A stretch of DNA of 64,000 nt from Candidatus Poribacteria bacterium (GTDB taxonomy: Bacteria > Poribacteria > WGA-4E > WGA-3G), in assembly GCA_965198235.1 (NCBI GenBank), contig OZ240248.1, positions 1-64,000 on the forward strand, in the 5' to 3' direction. Below the pieces are notes generated by a model that made no database searches, was not told the origin of the DNA, and saw nothing but the letters and a program-made list of their open reading frames with translations. This document shows positions 62,109 to 64,000 of this stretch, in pieces. Position numbers and translations under genes: made by a program. The stretch's first letter is position 1. Every line of letters begins with the position of its first letter.

Positions 62109-62999
62109 ATGAAAAAATTGCTCATTGCAATTTTTATAGTGTCTCTGACTGTCATTGGATGTGAAATCCCTTATACAGGTCCCATGCTAACGGTTGATGA
62201 TGTAGACCAGTATCTTCACTCGACTGGTGAAGACGCTGTCTGCCTGCAAGACGGACTTGACTCTATCTGCGTAAAGCTTACTCCGGGATCCCAGGGACCC
62301 AGAGGACCCCAAGGACCCAGAGGACCCCAAGGACCACAGGGACCCCAGGGGCCCAGAGGACCCCAAGGAGAACAAGGAAGCCCTGGTGTAAACGCTCCAA
62401 CCATCCACATTCATGAAAACAGTATCCTTTACGATTTCTATTATGAAGACAGACTGATTCTGCGCGCAGAAAGGGAAACGGACACCACCCAGATTATAGC
62501 GCAGTTGACAGCACAAGAGCAGGATGGTAATGGTAGTTTCAATAACGGCGGCGATAACGATGATCCGACGGTGCCAACAGTACAGCCAAGTGCTGTCGAT
62601 ACACGCAAGAAAGTAGGGTGGATCGTGTGGATAACCTACCCAGATATAGATGGTGACAGACTCGGTGACACACCCAAGGGGGCAGGAACGAATTTTAATG
62701 TGGACACCGGACTTCAGGTCACAGTACACGCCAGAGATGAAAACGGCTTTGTGGAAAACCTTACTACATCATACGAGAAAGATGAGAATGGTAATAAAAT
62801 TCCCGTAGTCAGGAGTGTCGCACAAACCAAAGGGGGTCCCGGCGGAGATGCCCTTCAATTCTTCGTTTCAACGAAATTAAGTGAAATGGTTATTAGCGTC
62901 ATCGATTTATTCCCCAACCATAAGGCAATATTCACAATGACAGGTGATCAGGGTAGTGTAACGCCAGTAACTTCTACGTTCAAACTAAGTCCTCTGTAA
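62109..62999 (+). CDS. Collagen-like lipoprotein, copy 1
   Basis: LTVIGC lipobox; about 11 Gly-X-Y triplets (GPQ/GPR); GGAGG RBS. Confidence 0.85.
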   Translation: MKKLLIAIFIVSLTVIGCEIPYTGPMLTVDDVDQYLHSTGEDAVCLQDGLDSICVKLTPGSQGPRGPQGPRGPQGPQGPQGPRGPQGEQGSPGVNAPTIHIHENSILYDFYYEDRLILRAERETDTTQIIAQLTAQEQDGNGSFNNGGDNDDPTVPTVQPSAVDTRKKVGWIVWITYPDIDGDRLGDTPKGAGTNFNVDTGLQVTVHARDENGFVENLTTSYEKDENGNKIPVVRSVAQTKGGPGGDALQFFVSTKLSEMVISVIDLFPNHKAIFTMTGDQGSVTPVTSTFKLSPL

Positions 63000-63357
63000 A
63001 GTTGGTGATTTAGCGATTGGCAGAGGCACGTAAGTGGAAGCACCATGGTATCCTTTTAACCCGTAGATTGGCTTGAATGCAGTGAACCCAACGCAACTTC
63101 CTACCGCGAAAAACGCGTCTATACAGATAGCGTCCCCCAACACACGACAACGTTTCAGACACAAAAACTCTTAAAATCCGCAAAATTGACTTAATCCGCA
63201 ATTCAGACAATACACACCACACTCGTTCTGACACTTTATCCCTATTTTTATAGCACTTTTTCGTAACGCCCTCAGAAAAATGACGTTATTACCTTTGTAG
63301 GAAACTATTGAAAATTCGCGCGATTTCAACCGCGCCCGCAAAACAGGATAACCAAAT

Positions 63358-63471
63358 TATAGTGAAATCCAAAAATTTATAGAGGCATGGAACTGGGCAC
63401 TTACTGGCCCATTAGAGAGGTTTCCGAACCGCGTCCGCAACAGTGTATCGGTAATTGTAGATTTTACTATA
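63358..63471. mobile_element. MITE-like element with imperfect TIRs
   Basis: TATAGTGAAATCCAAAAATT ... AATTGTAGATTTTACTATA. Confidence 0.5.
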
Positions 63472-63617
63472 ATGAGGTTTCAGAAAATACCTCGGTAATC
63501 CTATGTTTTCCGCAGGCACGGTAGGTGCGGGGTCTTTGCTTGGGGTTTTTTAACCTCGCCAACTATAGTGTCTAAGTAATTCTAAAATCTACCATAAAAT
63601 AAGAACGGAGGTAATTA

Positions 63618-64000
63618 ATGAAAAAATTGCTCATTGCAATTTTTATAGTGTCCCTAACTGTCACTGGATGTGAGCTCCCTTATACAGGTCCCATACTAAC
63701 GGTTGATGATGTAGACCGATATCTTTACTCAGTTGGTGAGGACACTGCCTGCCTGTTAGCCGGGTTTGATTCCATTTGCCTAAAGGTTATTCCGGGACCT
63801 CAAGGACCACAGGGACCCCAAGGACCACTGGGACTCCAAGGACCTCAAGGGCCTCAAGGACCCAGAGGACCCCAAGGACCACTGGGAAACCCTGGTGCAA
63901 ACACCCCCATCATCCACATTCATGAAAGAAGTATTGTTTACGACTTCTATTATGAAGAAAAACTTGTTCTGCGCGCAGAGAAGCAGACGGACACCTCCGA
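63618..64000 (+). CDS. Collagen-like lipoprotein, copy 2 (runs off the window)
   Basis: [18 protein letters not shown]..., GPQ-rich triplets; same upstream TAAAATAAGAACGGAGGTAATT as copy 1. Confidence 0.85.
   Translation, partial: MKKLLIAIFIVSLTVTGCELPYTGPILTVDDVDRYLYSVGEDTACLLAGFDSICLKVIPGPQGPQGPQGPLGLQGPQGPQGPRGPQGPLGNPGANTPIIHIHERSIVYDFYYEEKLVLRAEKQTDTS

Overview
Bacterial genomic window (code 11) whose gene content (LamG secreted proteins, PhyH, sulfatase, GH95, TPR, ankyrin, collagen-like lipoproteins, dense REP/MITE-like repeats) resembles Candidatus Poribacteria; this taxonomy is inference. Core content: a PyrR-attenuated pyrR-pyrC-carA-carB operon lacking pyrB, nagB, rnhC-thiI-GT9, nadD-yacG-yqeK-rsfS, nfo, many sugar/oxidoreductase genes, and a tnpB-only IS200/IS605 element with both ends readable (58845-60301). 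Top finding: the ORF-track call at 32771 is probably truncated. The gene appears to start at 32642 with a signal peptide and to read through two in-frame TGA codons (U-G-A-U), followed by SECIS-like hairpins, giving a candidate double-selenocysteine (UxxU) outer-membrane beta-barrel protein. Also notable: six secreted proteins share a C-terminal VEPxxKLxxxW(G/A)x(L/I)K tail (candidate sorting signal), and palindromic repeats carry nested modular inserts. No rRNA, tRNA or CRISPR array was seen.
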